Assembly (NCBI GenBank): GCA_964035545.1
Contig: OZ037768.1
Coordinates: 4,930,741-4,994,740 of the forward strand
Direction: 5' to 3'
DNA length: 64,000 bases
Origin: Bugula neritina
Lineage: Eukaryota; Animalia; Bryozoa
Below the pieces are notes generated by a model. That model was not told the DNA's origin. It did no database searches and saw only the letters and a program-made list of their open reading frames with translations. Within the stretch, counting starts at the first letter, position 1. Each line of letters opens with the position of its first letter. Below, one piece after another: positions 13,201 through 24,734 of this stretch. The position numbers and the translations under genes are program-made.

Positions 13201-16200
13201 TATAGCCACCAGTGTTTATTTTAACAGATCTATAAGTAAACGATTTTTTATCCAAGGAAAATAATGCATATAACACTAAATTACATTACACTATACTAAT
13301 AAAATTCATGTGGATTTATAGTTGCTATCTCAATGTGAACTCCTGATGGACAAGACTTTTTAAGCGGGCTAAGGACTTTTTACTATATTATGGTAAAAGA
13401 ACAGTTATGACTGAATGCCCTTCCTAACATCACCTTTACTGAGGACCGAACCTCTGACCCCGTGTTTACTAAGCCAGTACTTTAACCCCTAGACCAAGGC
13501 TGCTCCCTTGTATTATACTGTATTAATACCAGAATAACATATAATACTAGAAATCTCACCAAGACCAAGGCCTATCTCCGGACTGTTCTCATGCAGTATG
13601 CTGCTAGATTTCATAGGAACGGAAGTCTCAGATTTTGAAGGACTGTTGAAGAGACTCCACTTGTTTGATTTGGATTCTGAGTCCAAATTAGAAAGTTTTG
13701 ACTGTTTTACTGGCGGTGAAGCACTGAAGCTATCATCTAGAACAAAAATCATAGTGTGAGAAACACACTGCTTTTAACCAATTTATTTATTTTTTAAATC
13801 TATTTCTTTTGAGAAATAAAATACATGTAGCTATAAATGGTAAACTAACAACATATAACAAAAAAAAGAAAATTCGTAATAATCATTTACATCCCATAGA
13901 AATACACACAACTGATTTGATAAAAATACATACAGTATCGTAAAACTTGTTTTATCTAGTCTTAACACAGATCCAATAAATATATTATGATGGCTTAAAA
14001 TGGTTTATAGAGCAAATTTTAGTTTTGGTAAACAGATACTGTTTTTTAAAAAAAACATTTTCGCATTTGGAAAAAAAAACTATTTTATGAAAATTATTTA
14101 TGAATAGTGAAAAGCATTGCCAATATTTTGTAGCTTGTATCAAAATAGAAACATGTTTAGACAGTAGCACTTCAGGCAATTGAGAATTACCAATATCCAA
14201 ATGACATGTGTGAATGGTTTCACTGAACAGTGTACATATTTACCTAACTCAAATAAAGAGGTGCTGTCAGACAGCAGGTCAGTTTTGTTATCTCTAAGAA
14301 AGTCAAAGAGAGTTGTCTTCTTTTGGGGTACACTGATGAGATTTTGAGCACTGGTGTTACAGCTGGGCATGTTTACGGCAGACTTTGGAGTAGAGAGGAG
14401 TTCTAATCATAACAGAGCAACGCTATGATTTATTAAAAACAATGTGATTTACCTTATAAATAGTATACAATAGCCAGAGTTGGTTGCTTTACCAGTAGCA
14501 CCTGAATATGAGTGAAAATCATTAGAAAATAAGCAGTTTATAATGCGATTTAAATTTGAGCAAAATCTGCCAACCCAAATTTTACAGTGGCAAACTCGCT
14601 TACCTAACTGCATCTTGAGGGGTAGAAATGCGTTCAAATTTCACCCCCTCTCACCAATTTTGTCTGAATTTAAAACAGTTTGGGTCTGAAAATTAAAACA
14701 TTTTCGTTTAGCCACGTTTACTTTAATGGCTTTAGGCCGGTTAACAGATTTAATAAAAATCTATAATATTTGCTATGTTTTTCAGGGGCTGTTAAATTCA
14801 GAATAGTTTGTAAGGATTTCTAATTGCTCATATTTCAACAACTTTCTATATAGAACAACAAATATTGCAACCTACCTGGAGAGTTACTGGAGCAAAAAGA
14901 AAGAGAGTGACTATCAGAGACAGCAGTACTACTATTAATAAGAGAGCAGACGCTCTCTTTGCTACTTCCATCTGCTGAAAGGTGATGAGAAAATGACTGA
15001 TTGGTAGATTGTGCACTGGTAGTAGCATACTTAGGAGGTGTTGAATGAGGTATCAGCCGTTTAAGCTTTTCATCTAACCGGACAAAAGTGTCACCTTTCA
15101 CTGCTATTGGGGAGTTTTGTTTTGCCATGTCTACTTGACTAGAGTCATCATCAGTGAAGGCTGAAAGAGAACCTAATGAGAAGTTAGCTACTTGAGGTGA
15201 ATCTGTAGCATTCATAGTAACACCGGGTACATGCTGAGTAGAATCAGCCGTTACTAAGAATGGCGAGCTAGTAGTCTGCTCATGTTCAGTTGACTCACTA
15301 TTCCCTTGACAAATTCTGTCTGGAGGCGCAACTGAAACAAGGTCAAGGTTAATATCACTAGCTGTTCTGTGGTCAGCAGCATCTATATGATCTCTATCAT
15401 TATCAGAATTGTCTTGAGACAAAAATTTTTTCCATAAAGAACCTGAGCCAGACTTTGAAAGAGCACAGTTGTCAGATGTATAGAGTTCTTCATTATCTTC
15501 TTCAACAGATTCGGTTTTTTCTTTATGTTCAACCATCTCAGACACAGGTGAATGGCTAGCTGCAATAAACATACTATTTACTAATCATAAATAATTTAGA
15601 GCACATAGCATTTACACAGTAATTGTAGTAAAAAATTAGAGTTTGAAAAATCCTTACAGATGTAAAAGAACTAGATGTGAATTACACATGCTATAGCTGA
15701 TCAAACTAGAGTTAAGTTCATAGTATCGAACCATACATTCAGCATCAACCTCTGTGGAAGAAATCAGGCTGAGGATATCACATTCAGAGCGCCGAACTGG
15801 AGGCTCAACAACTGTGGACTTTGCATAAGGCTGCAGAGCTCTCTGAGAAAATGTTGAGAAGAGTGAGGGGTGAGACGGTTGCTGTGGAGCCTAGAATAGC
15901 AATATATGCCGACAAATGTTATATCCAGCATTTTTTTTAAAACAAATAGAATTAGAAGACTCACTGTTGAGGAGTTGATTCATACCTGTACTTGAAGGTG
16001 ACGCTTATGGGTCAACGGAGCATTTTGTGAAGCAGATGTTTCAGATACAACTCTTTTAGGAGGATTAAAACCCTAAAAATAAAAAAGTTCCTAGATACAA
16101 TTGTGATGAAAGATGTTACAATAAAATTATTAATTTAACAAAAACTAGTAACAAAGTCAATTAAAATGAACATTTTATGAATGACAATGAAAACTTTCAT

Positions 16201-17456
16201 TTAAAAGTACATTTATTTTCACCAGTCTAACAAAGTCTTTTAAAAGTTTTTTAATAGTAAAACCGCAAGCTTCGGTTCAGAAAATGATTGATGATTATAA
16301 GAGTTTGCTAGAGTAGAAGACTCTAATACACCAACCATATATCATGCATACAGAGTTGTGTTGTAGACATTAATAAAGTAAAATTAAAATAAATCAGTTT
16401 ACCTTATATGACCTCGATACAGTTGATTTGGTAATGTGAGCTGGTTGACGGGGAAGAGGATTGTTACTTATAACAGGATGAGAAGATGGTGCTCCAGTGG
16501 CATCTCTCACACTGTCCACCATAACCAGATACTTGTCAGTCTCATATTCATCACCAATGGCTATCTAATGAAGTAATAATTATATGCAACATTACTTTAT
16601 AAAACTTCTTAACAGAGTGTGCAAAACTTCAGGGCATTTAAGAAGCTGATCTCTAGTTCACACTCTCATTTATATATACAAAATTAGGGTATCAACTAGA
16701 AATAGAAAATCACGTCGTCATCACTGTAAAACCTCTTGAAAAAAGAGTTATTTTTAGGCAAGCAAGGACTCCCTTTCTATGGTGGCAAGGGAGCAATAGT
16801 GATTTGATGCCCTTTTTAACATCACCAATGGCTTTTGATAGGATTCTAACCACTGACCTTGTGTTTACTAAGCCAGTGCTCAAGTCACTAAGCCACGGCT
16901 GCTTTCTTAAATAAAAAGTGGTATAGTAAAGCTTACCGAATTCATAGCAAATAGTGTGTCGATCTTGGCCCCTTTTTCATCATAAATTATTTTCTATAAT
17001 ATAAATACCAAAACTTAAATCAGGTTTTATCAGCTAACCAATAAATTGTTGTGTTTCATCAAGATTTAAGTATTGCTGTATATGATGTAAAATCAACCTA
17101 CCTTGCAGGAATCTATGACCACAAGAAAACCATCTTGCCATACCTTTGCTTTCTTTGTTTTCTGATGAGTATAAAGTATCTAGAAACAGTAGGATGTAAT
17201 TTGTTAGAGGGAAACAGAACAGCAGTTTCTCATTTAAAAATACAATGACTTTTAATTTAGCAGCACTTTTAAAATAATTTGAATCATATTGGTAAAATAT
17301 CCTTAAAATAATTACTAAAGGCAATAAAGCTTTCAACAAAAAGTGAATAAAGAAATCTCATGATATAGTATTATATTTTACGACATCTTAACAACACAAT
17401 GGCTGTTGAGTGAATGCTGATTGAGCACAGAAACTTACATTGTAGTGAATATCCAT
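4276..17456 (-). CDS. ZGRF1: ZGRF1-like 5'-3' SF1 (UPF1/DNA2-like) DNA helicase with N-terminal DUF2439 and a GRF zinc finger; many exons
   Basis: N-terminus MDIHYN|ILYTHQKTKKAKVWQDGFL (DUF2439, ~17100-17180). GRF finger CQHGAFSKLVEVKKEGSNKGRMFYTC...QCN|FFEW (~11040-11545). Walker A GVFGAGKS (~8380-8400), Walker B VVLLDECSQ (~6880-6907), LGDPRV-type region, TVDSFQGGERDVIILSAVR, and motif VI RRTNVALSRGK. Internal low-complexity exons were not all resolved. Confidence 0.9.
10612..10773 (-). repeat. Minisatellite, 5 copies of a 32-36 bp unit spanning a ZGRF1 3' splice site
   Basis: Unit CATTTCTACAGCAATATAATAGTTGCAGATAA on +. On the coding strand each copy reads ...TTGCTGTAG|AAATG, and the last copy opens the real exon (KWVVRND). 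Confidence 0.9.
13399..13507 (-). mobile_element. tRNA-derived SINE, copy 1 (ZGRF1 intron)
   Basis: The minus strand has an A-box-like TGGTCTAGGGGTTAA and B-box-like GGTTCGGTCC, then GGTGATGTTAGGAAGGGCAT. It aligns with the copies at ~16.8 kb and ~27.1 kb. Confidence 0.8.
16777..16906 (-). mobile_element. tRNA-derived SINE, copy 2 (ZGRF1 intron)
   Basis: Shares TAACATCACC...GTGTTTACTAAGCCAGT...GGCTGCT with the other two copies. A-box-like and B-box-like (GGTTAGAATCC) motifs are on the minus strand. Confidence 0.8.
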
Positions 17457-18702
17457 GGCAGAGCACCAACTTCACTAGATACTAATAAATAAAGCATAAA
17501 ATGTTGTTACTATATAGAGTGAAAGCACTGCCTAAATGAAGATTGGAATTGTCAGTTGGTAAGCTTAGAATATTGGCAAAAATAGAGCACAAATAGCAAT
17601 GCTAATTATGGCTTTGCCCAATTTAACAGTTGAAAGCAAAAACAAAGGATTCTTATTAGTGGCTTGGCTTTGGATGGGTCTAAGTTCATACTAAGGACCA
17701 TAACATTTTATATTGGAATGTTTTCTATATCTTAGTATCAATATCTATATAGCTAATAGCAGTGTGTGAAATGTAACTAACATTAATGTGTAGATATTTT
17801 ATGTCTTGCATTTTGATTTTAAAACAAACACATCACTTAATAATTTATACATCCTACTAGACCTAATACTTCTTAAGATGAGTAGACAATAATTACAAAA
17901 TAATTACAAAATTGAGGATAAAACTAAAAGTAATAATAGCTGTAAGTTTATGACAGTTATTGGTGCGAAAAAGAAGACCAAGTTTAATTTGGGATAATTT
18001 AATTTTAGAAATCTGAACGAATCATACAAAATGACATTTTTTAGGAAGCATAGAGTATCATAGATGACAAAATACAAATTAATTAATATTTACCCTTTAC
18101 TTCAATAATCAATTGAAATATAAAATTGAATAGCTAACAGTAACACAAGCTGAGACACTGTTAGTTATTAGTATGACTGATAGTACGAGTATCAATATCA
18201 CTAAAACTTTCACTTTCAGAATGACAATCACAATGACAATGAGAATCTGAATCATCATGATTTAAATTAAGTTTAACTTATCAACTTCAAGTTTAACTCT
18301 AAGTTCAAATTCAAGTTTACGAAGTACTAGTAAATGTAATACTACTACTAGTAGTAGTAATACTAATAGTAGTAGTGGTAGTAGTAGTAGTAGTACTAGT
18401 AGTAAGTAGGCTAGCCTAAGTCTACACCCCTGGTGATCACAATGAAATTGAATGCAGAACTAAAAATAGATCACTGAAAGTATTACTATTAGTAAATGTC
18501 AAACTAAAAAGTAAACACTAATAGTAATAGGATATATCGTATGGCAAGTTTAACTACCCAAGACCAAGAACTAGCAGAACTTCTCATATCATTTATAATA
18601 AAACTAAAGCGGAGCTAAGGTAGAGCTGAAATAAAATTTAAGCACGCCGCGAGTTTTGGCTGCCTGAGTTCAAAGAGTTAAAGGGCATAAATGCGCGATA
18701 AT

Positions 18703-18850
18703 GAAATTATTTTATAAGCAGCTCCAAGTTGGGGGTGACTGAGTGCAGTAAGTCAAGGTTCTTGCGTTTGAAATTTTCGAACTCCAAACGCGAGATCACA
18801 ACTCATTGCACTCAGTCACTTCGAACTCGATGCTGCTTATAAATAATTTC
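18703..18850. repeat. Foldback (long imperfect inverted repeat) element, copy 1; MITE-like or structured RNA
   Basis: Arm GAAATTATTTTATAAGCAGCTCCAAGTTGGGGGTGACTGAGTGCA pairs with TGCACTCAGTCACTTCGAACTCGATGCTGCTTATAAATAATTTC. An inner stem TCTTGCGTTTG/CAAACGCGAGA is also present. Confidence 0.8.
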
Positions 18851-19218
18851 CTTCGTATGAGTTTAATTATTGAGCCTAAGTTCTTACATATATTCTAGTG
18901 ATCTACGAATTCAAAACAATTTACCAAGCCTAACTCAGCTAATCAAGTTTATTGCATTCCTAATTTTTATAAGCGAGATGTCCATGCTTGTCTCGACCAG
19001 CTAACACTGATTTGCAAACGGGCGGGTTTGTATTATTAAAAATAATCACCGGGAACGGTTTTGTAATCTTTGTCCGTCAGGGGCAAGATATTGGCAAAGC
19101 TAAGCGACAATTCTGCTCTTCGAGTAACATGTTCTAATATCTCTGCGAATTACTTCGGACAGCAGATTTGTGTGATAACTTTGATCTTGTTATCTAATTC
19201 AGCACAAGAACTGAGAAC

Positions 19219-21894
19219 ATGTCAAAAAAGCAAAACTTGCTTTCTTCTCTGTTTGAACTTTTTCTTAATAAGAATGCGTTGCTAAGAAGGCAACGCCAAC
19301 TGACTTCGACTTTGAGTTTAGCCTGGCAAGGTATGTTAAACTTAATGTTAAACTTGAACTTGATGCCTGATCTGATGGGGTACAGGTCATTTTCATTTTG
19401 TACACAATATGAATATAAATTGAAATTGTACATCAATATTAATTAACTGAAACGCCTATTTTTATATTTTTGATATTTAGTATTTAGATACTAAATACGA
19501 TGACAGCGTGGTCCAGAGGTTAGAGGCGTCAGCGACGAGTTGGTTGGTCATGGTTTAACCCTGTTTTTACCAAGGCATTTGATCGGGTCCCGCATGGACT
19601 CCTGCTACAGAAGCTTTCTCAAATTGCCGATGTTGACAATTATCTGCTACGTTGGGTTCACAACTTTCTTACAGACAGAAAGCAGCGTGTTGTGTTACAT
19701 GGCTGCAGCTCAGATCCAAAGCCGGTTTGCTCAGGTGTACCACAGGGATCAGTCTTAGGGCCCGTACTTTTTTTAGTTTTTATAAATGACCTTCCTGAGT
19801 GTCTCAACTGCTCTTGTGCTCTTTTTGCCGATGACACACTTGTTTACCAAGAAATTTCCTCATCTGAAGACTGCAAGGGATTTCAGCGCAACCTGGACTC
19901 TCTTAGTACTTGGGCAAATAAGTGGGGAATGTCATTTAACATCTCCAAGAGCAAGATAATCAGCTTTAACCCTAAGACCGACACTCCCCGATACAAGCTC
20001 AGTGGATCAGTGTTGGATCATGTTGACTCAACCAAATACCTTGGTGTAATACTGCAGTCAGACTGTAAATTTGACCAACACATCCTAAAAAAGGTTCTTG
20101 TTGCAAAACGGCAGTTAGGTATGATAAAACGTGCACTCTACTGGGCCCCCAAGAGAGCAAAGCTTATCGCCTACAAAGCCCTCTGTCTCCCACACTTGGA
20201 ATATGCCAGTGCAGCCTGGGACCCATCTAGCAAAAATCATATAAGTATAATGGAGAATGTTCAAACAGATGCTGTGCGTTTTATCTCTAGCAGCAAAGGA
20301 AGAACTGATATTGGGGAGGAGATGAAAAAGCTATGTTTGGAGCCGCTTGATCTAAGAAGGAAAAACCGACGCATCAGCCTTCTCCTAAAAATATTGTCCA
20401 AGGAAGAACTACATCCAACTCTGAGTGCTGCCTATGATGATTTTCTAGATCAGCGGACCACAAGCACTGTACAGACTCGGTCTCAGGTTGCAGGATTTCC
20501 CAGATCAGTGAGAGCAAACAAGAATGGGTATCTTTATAGTTTTCTCCCAAGAACAATAAGAGATATGAGGATCAGCACTGATCACACACAGACAGGCTAG
20601 TTAGCCTGTTAAGTTAATCTGCACAAGAATGTTAACACTTTTTAGATTACTGTCCAAATACTGACAACTTAGTTTTTTATATGAGGCACACCCCTTCTTC
20701 CCTCTAGGGAGGTCCAGTGTGGAAATAACATCGACAGGTATCGACAGGTAGATTTGGGGTTAATTCATTATTCATTTTGTCATTCATGAATGACAGAATG
20801 TGTATACTGTACTCATACTGCCACAGGTGCCACTACTAGTACTACTAGCAGTTTCAAGTTTGTGTACGAAACGACCATGATGTTAATTTTAAATTTACAT
20901 AGTTACATTAAAATTAGGACAATTTTGCAATAGGTTTTTTGAAAACATTGTAACTTAAGTTTGCAAACTTGAGTTTTTGAAGATTTCATATAACATGGTT
21001 TTGTATCTCATTTTTACTGTAGTTAAAAATAACTCTGGATCACTGTCTTTAAGAGTTGTCTCTTCAACTAGTGTAGCTTATATCCATTTACTAAAATGTA
21101 TGTAATACATGAAATATTCATCAATTAATGCCAGTTAGTTTTAGTATTTTGCAAGTGGCAAATGAATTTTTAAACTCAATTTAAATTTTTGCCTCTTTCA
21201 ATAGAAATTTATAATATATCGATATATACATAATGTTAATATATCTGTGTGAACTATTTGCAGTCTAATTGTATTGCATTGATGTACATTGCTTATGCAA
21301 CTAGGCTGGTGCTAGGATTGTTTAACTGTCATTTAACTTCTATTTAGATGTTGTGTTTTAGATAAGTTGTTATGGTGGTCACGCAACATGATGGCAAGCT
21401 TAGTAAGATGTCCTACTATTGGAAGCGTGGATCCTACAGACTTTAATGGCATTCTGTTAGCTGCTCCCAAGAAGAGAAGGACTTTGGAAAGGCGTCGCTT
21501 ACGGACATTTGGTTTAATAAAGAGAATGGAAAATGCTCTTCCAAAAGAAAATATTGTTACTTGTCCAAAATGTAATAACTGGCACGAGGCTCACACAATC
21601 TGTGGTATGTTTATTCTATCATTTAATTTTGACCATTTTTTGTGCTGGCTTTTGTGTCCTATATTTGTTTGGTCTATATTTGTGAAGATAGCAAGAAAGT
21701 TCTTTATATTTCTAGGCCATTGCTACGATAAAGTCAGACAAAAAACTGCAGAGATGCGAGCAATGCTGGATAAAGATAATGAATATTATTTTGATCAAAG
21801 TAATGCTGACATTAGTAAAATGTTAAATAAGAGTAAAGAGAAAAAGGATATGCTCTTGTGGTGGAATGACAATCTGAAAACCAAAGTTAACTGA
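19219..21894 (+). CDS. MRPL32: Mitochondrial ribosomal protein bL32m; exons 19219-19330, 21362-21604, 21716-21894
   Basis: ILLAAPKKRRTLERRRLR and the zinc ligands CPKC...HEAHTICGHC are present. Exon 1 is a basic, presequence-like peptide ending G|GTATGT and is in phase with exon 2 (TTTTAG|AT AAG). The exon 1 assignment is less certain than exons 2-3. Confidence 0.88.
19502..19563 (+). other. tRNA-like (Pol III promoter) head abutting the LINE fragment
   Basis: GACAGCGTGGTCCAGAGGTTAG is A-box-like and GGTTTAACCC is B-box-like, at tRNA-like spacing. No complete acceptor stem is present, so it is not called a tRNA gene. Confidence 0.5.
19564..20750 (+). mobile_element. 5'-truncated non-LTR retrotransposon (CR1/L2-group-like LINE) in MRPL32 intron 1; RT C-terminal ORF 19566-20600 plus 3' UTR
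   Basis: The open frame reads FTKAFDRVPH...FLTDRKQRVV...SGVPQGSVLGPVLFLVFINDLP...LFADDT...KYLGV...SFLPRTIRD. It ends in a short tandem tail (ATCGACAGGT)x2. Confidence 0.93.
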
Positions 21895-22219
21895 TCTGCA
21901 TTGATATTCTCAGCTGTTGTTTTATGGTTTTATAATATTAGATTTATTGTAACACTCATTACAGTACAAATAAACAGTAGACAGCAAAACAATAGTAACT
22001 CTGTGTTTAAAATAGGATATATATTATCTTTTTATGGTCAATTCTATATCCTGGCACTCTTAGCTAAAATCAGGGCAAGTATTACCAACATAGTTCTCTG
22101 ATAATCTACAACAAACATTTATTGATGATTATACAGCTATGATAATTAAAATCATCAAACTGTGTAAAAGAATTTACTATAATATTTTACTTACAATCCC
22201 TGCAATCTCTCCTCAGCAA

Positions 22220-24734
22220 TTATATATTTTTGTATAGGTTGTTACTCATGTCTGGTCTTTCTGGTGGAAACTGCATCTCCTTATGGTTACGTGTTGAGAA
22301 TGCCTAAAAAAGTCAACCACTCAAAGTAACCTCGAAATGAAATAGGTTTTTAAACAATCATTCTCACTGAATACTTATGTCAAATAGAACAAAAACTAAT
22401 GAGTTGACTATAAATGATCTAATAATGATGATAGACTGCAAATAAGATCATGAGTGCAATTATTAAGTTTCCTTGTAATTGGAGTTTCTATTTTTCAATG
22501 TGAAACACAAAATCTCCATTGAAATAACTTGTATACTTTCTTGTATGACCTAGTGATCATAGACACTATAGTTTTCATCAGGCATGATGGCAGTTGTTAG
22601 ACATGCAGCAAACTCTAACCTACCTTATATCCGTCAGTTTGTTTAAACTTGTTCCACGGTTCTGGGTTTGATTTTTTATTCCACCTAAAATCAACAGAAT
22701 GTTTTCTCACTCTTTAATACCAAATTAGTATAAATGAGAAGCAGCAAAACTACATCAAATATTTCAACAACCATAGTAATATGCTGTACTTACGATACAT
22801 CAGGATTCAAAGTAGCCAATCTTAATAGGTATGCACCACACAGAACAAACCCTGCACCAACAGCTCCAAATAATGGGATCAACTAAAACAAAATTTTACA
22901 CCATTTATACTACACAAATTGTACCATTTTCAGACCGAGTGCAATTCTATGCACACGAAATAAAGCAACACTCTCTTAAAGTAAATATAAATTAATTACA
23001 TTAAAAGAATTCATTAGCTATAAAAAGATTTTACAAAATTTTAGAAACCTTCATGCTCATTTAGTAAAGCGATCAAATGAATTTACAAAAAATATATATG
23101 CCAGATTCAAAGCATGACGAGTTTAGTGTTAGAGTACATATTTGTTAAGCATACCACTGGTCAGTGATAACTGTATAATGCAAGGAATAGTTGCTTAACT
23201 ATGATTATTTGACAATATAAATTGTCCACCTCTCACTCCCAATAAAAGCAATATTCTATTGCCATTCACTGTTTTATTGTTGAGATGCTTTATAATTATG
23301 ATTTAAGATTGTTTTTATGCAAAGTTATTTAAGCAATCAACTATTCTCCAAGTCCTATGTGCTATGAACAACAAACTTTAAATTAAACAAGTTAAAGCTA
23401 TGAGAGCATCAGCATGATAATCAATCGTAATAATTATTATAATAATACTCTAAATCTAAAAAGAGAATTTATAATCATAATGATAATCATAACCATAACG
23501 GTAATGATAATGATTATCATTATTTTATGGTAATACTAATAGTAATAGACATAAAATAAATAGTAATACTTATAGTTGTACTTTGAGTATCACTTATTCT
23601 TATATAGTTATAATATTAATATTCGTAAAACTAAATGTAATACTAATAGTGATAGCATTCTATGGTTATTACTAAAAGTATTACTATTAGTAATAATAAT
23701 TCAGTAAATGTAATAGTAATACTAATAGTATAAGTATAACTATAACTAAGTTATCATATTTAATAATTCATTGATTGTGATAATTTTAATAATGTCAAAA
23801 TAAATCAGAATGACAATGTTTAAGGTACTAATAATCACAGTAAGAGCCATAGCTAACATCAAGGGTAGAAGAGGAGTGCGAGAAGCAAAAGAAAGACTGG
23901 AGCTGGCCGCCCTCGATGAAAGAAGAAGAACTCAACGGCTAAGACTCCTTATGAGGATACTCCAAAAGGAAGAATATCACCCAGCACTCTCTGCAGCGTA
24001 TGACGAACTAATAAATACCCCGGAAAGTTTTATCCAAACTGGGGCCCAAACACTAGGACAGCCAAGATCAGTCAGCACCAATAATAACTGCTACTATAAC
24101 AGCTTCTTGCCACGGACAATCCGTGACCTTAAAGGGAACAATCCTTGCAAGACTAATTTACACACAGAATAATCTAAACATTGACAGGTTAACTTACCTG
24201 TACTAATAAACAATATTGCAACACACACTGCAACCAATTTATGGACTATTGTATGCATTTTACTTTCTGACCAACCGTAAACATATGAGGCATGCCGCTT
24301 CTGCTACCTAGTGGTCTAGCATGATCGTAAGCTGGAGGTAACATTATTTTCCAATTTTTTTAAATTCAAAATTTAAAATTATCGCACTCTCAGTCAATCT
24401 CATGCTCAAAGTCAATCAATAAATCATCATGATCATCATTATTTACAATCATTGGCATTGCGATTGTAGTACTAGTTGAATTTCATGATTGTTTAGTCAA
24501 TGTACTGCACTACTATATGATGCTAGTACTTCAACTTGAGCTTGTACACTTACTCTTAGTCTTACAGCAACAGTGACTTAGTAACACACTGACACTAACA
24601 GTAACAGTAACACTAACAGTAACATTTGATTTGAGTTGAACTTGAAGAAATACTAGAAATAAAAATGAAATTCTAATTACCTCATAATGTTTTTTCAGGG
24701 ATTGAACACTCATTCCTGGCCACCGAGACATCAT
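22220..24734 (-). CDS. NDUFA4: Cytochrome c oxidase subunit NDUFA4 (COXFA4/MLRQ family); 4 coding exons
   Basis: Spliced product MMSRWPGMSVQSLKKHYE|LIPLFGAVGAGFVLCGAYLLRLATLNPDVS|WNKKSNPEPWNKFKQTDGYK|AFSTRNHKEMQFPPERPDMSNNLYKNI. The LIPLF, YLLRLA..NPDV.W and NPEPWNK motifs are characteristic of the family. Confidence 0.9.
23845..24340 (+). mobile_element. Short 3' fragment of a related LINE family, antisense in NDUFA4 intron 1
   Basis: RRRTQRLRLLMRILQKEEYHPALSAAYDEL...SFLPRTIRDL aligns with the C-terminus of the RT ORF at 19566-20600, and the 3' UTRs are homologous. Confidence 0.88.

Noticed and set aside
14583-14606. TACAGTGGCAAACTCGCTTACC as a Tc1/pogo terminal inverted repeat
   Set aside because: No matching second end was found in the window.
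18660-18681. piggyBac-like end (AAAGAGTTAA)
   Set aside because: It is a single short motif with no partner end or internal transposase sequence.
19219-24734. Functional clustering of MRPL32 with NDUFA4, or ARL6 with dysbindin
   Set aside because: The neighbours are otherwise unrelated housekeeping genes, and the sequence gives no evidence for a shared pathway cluster.
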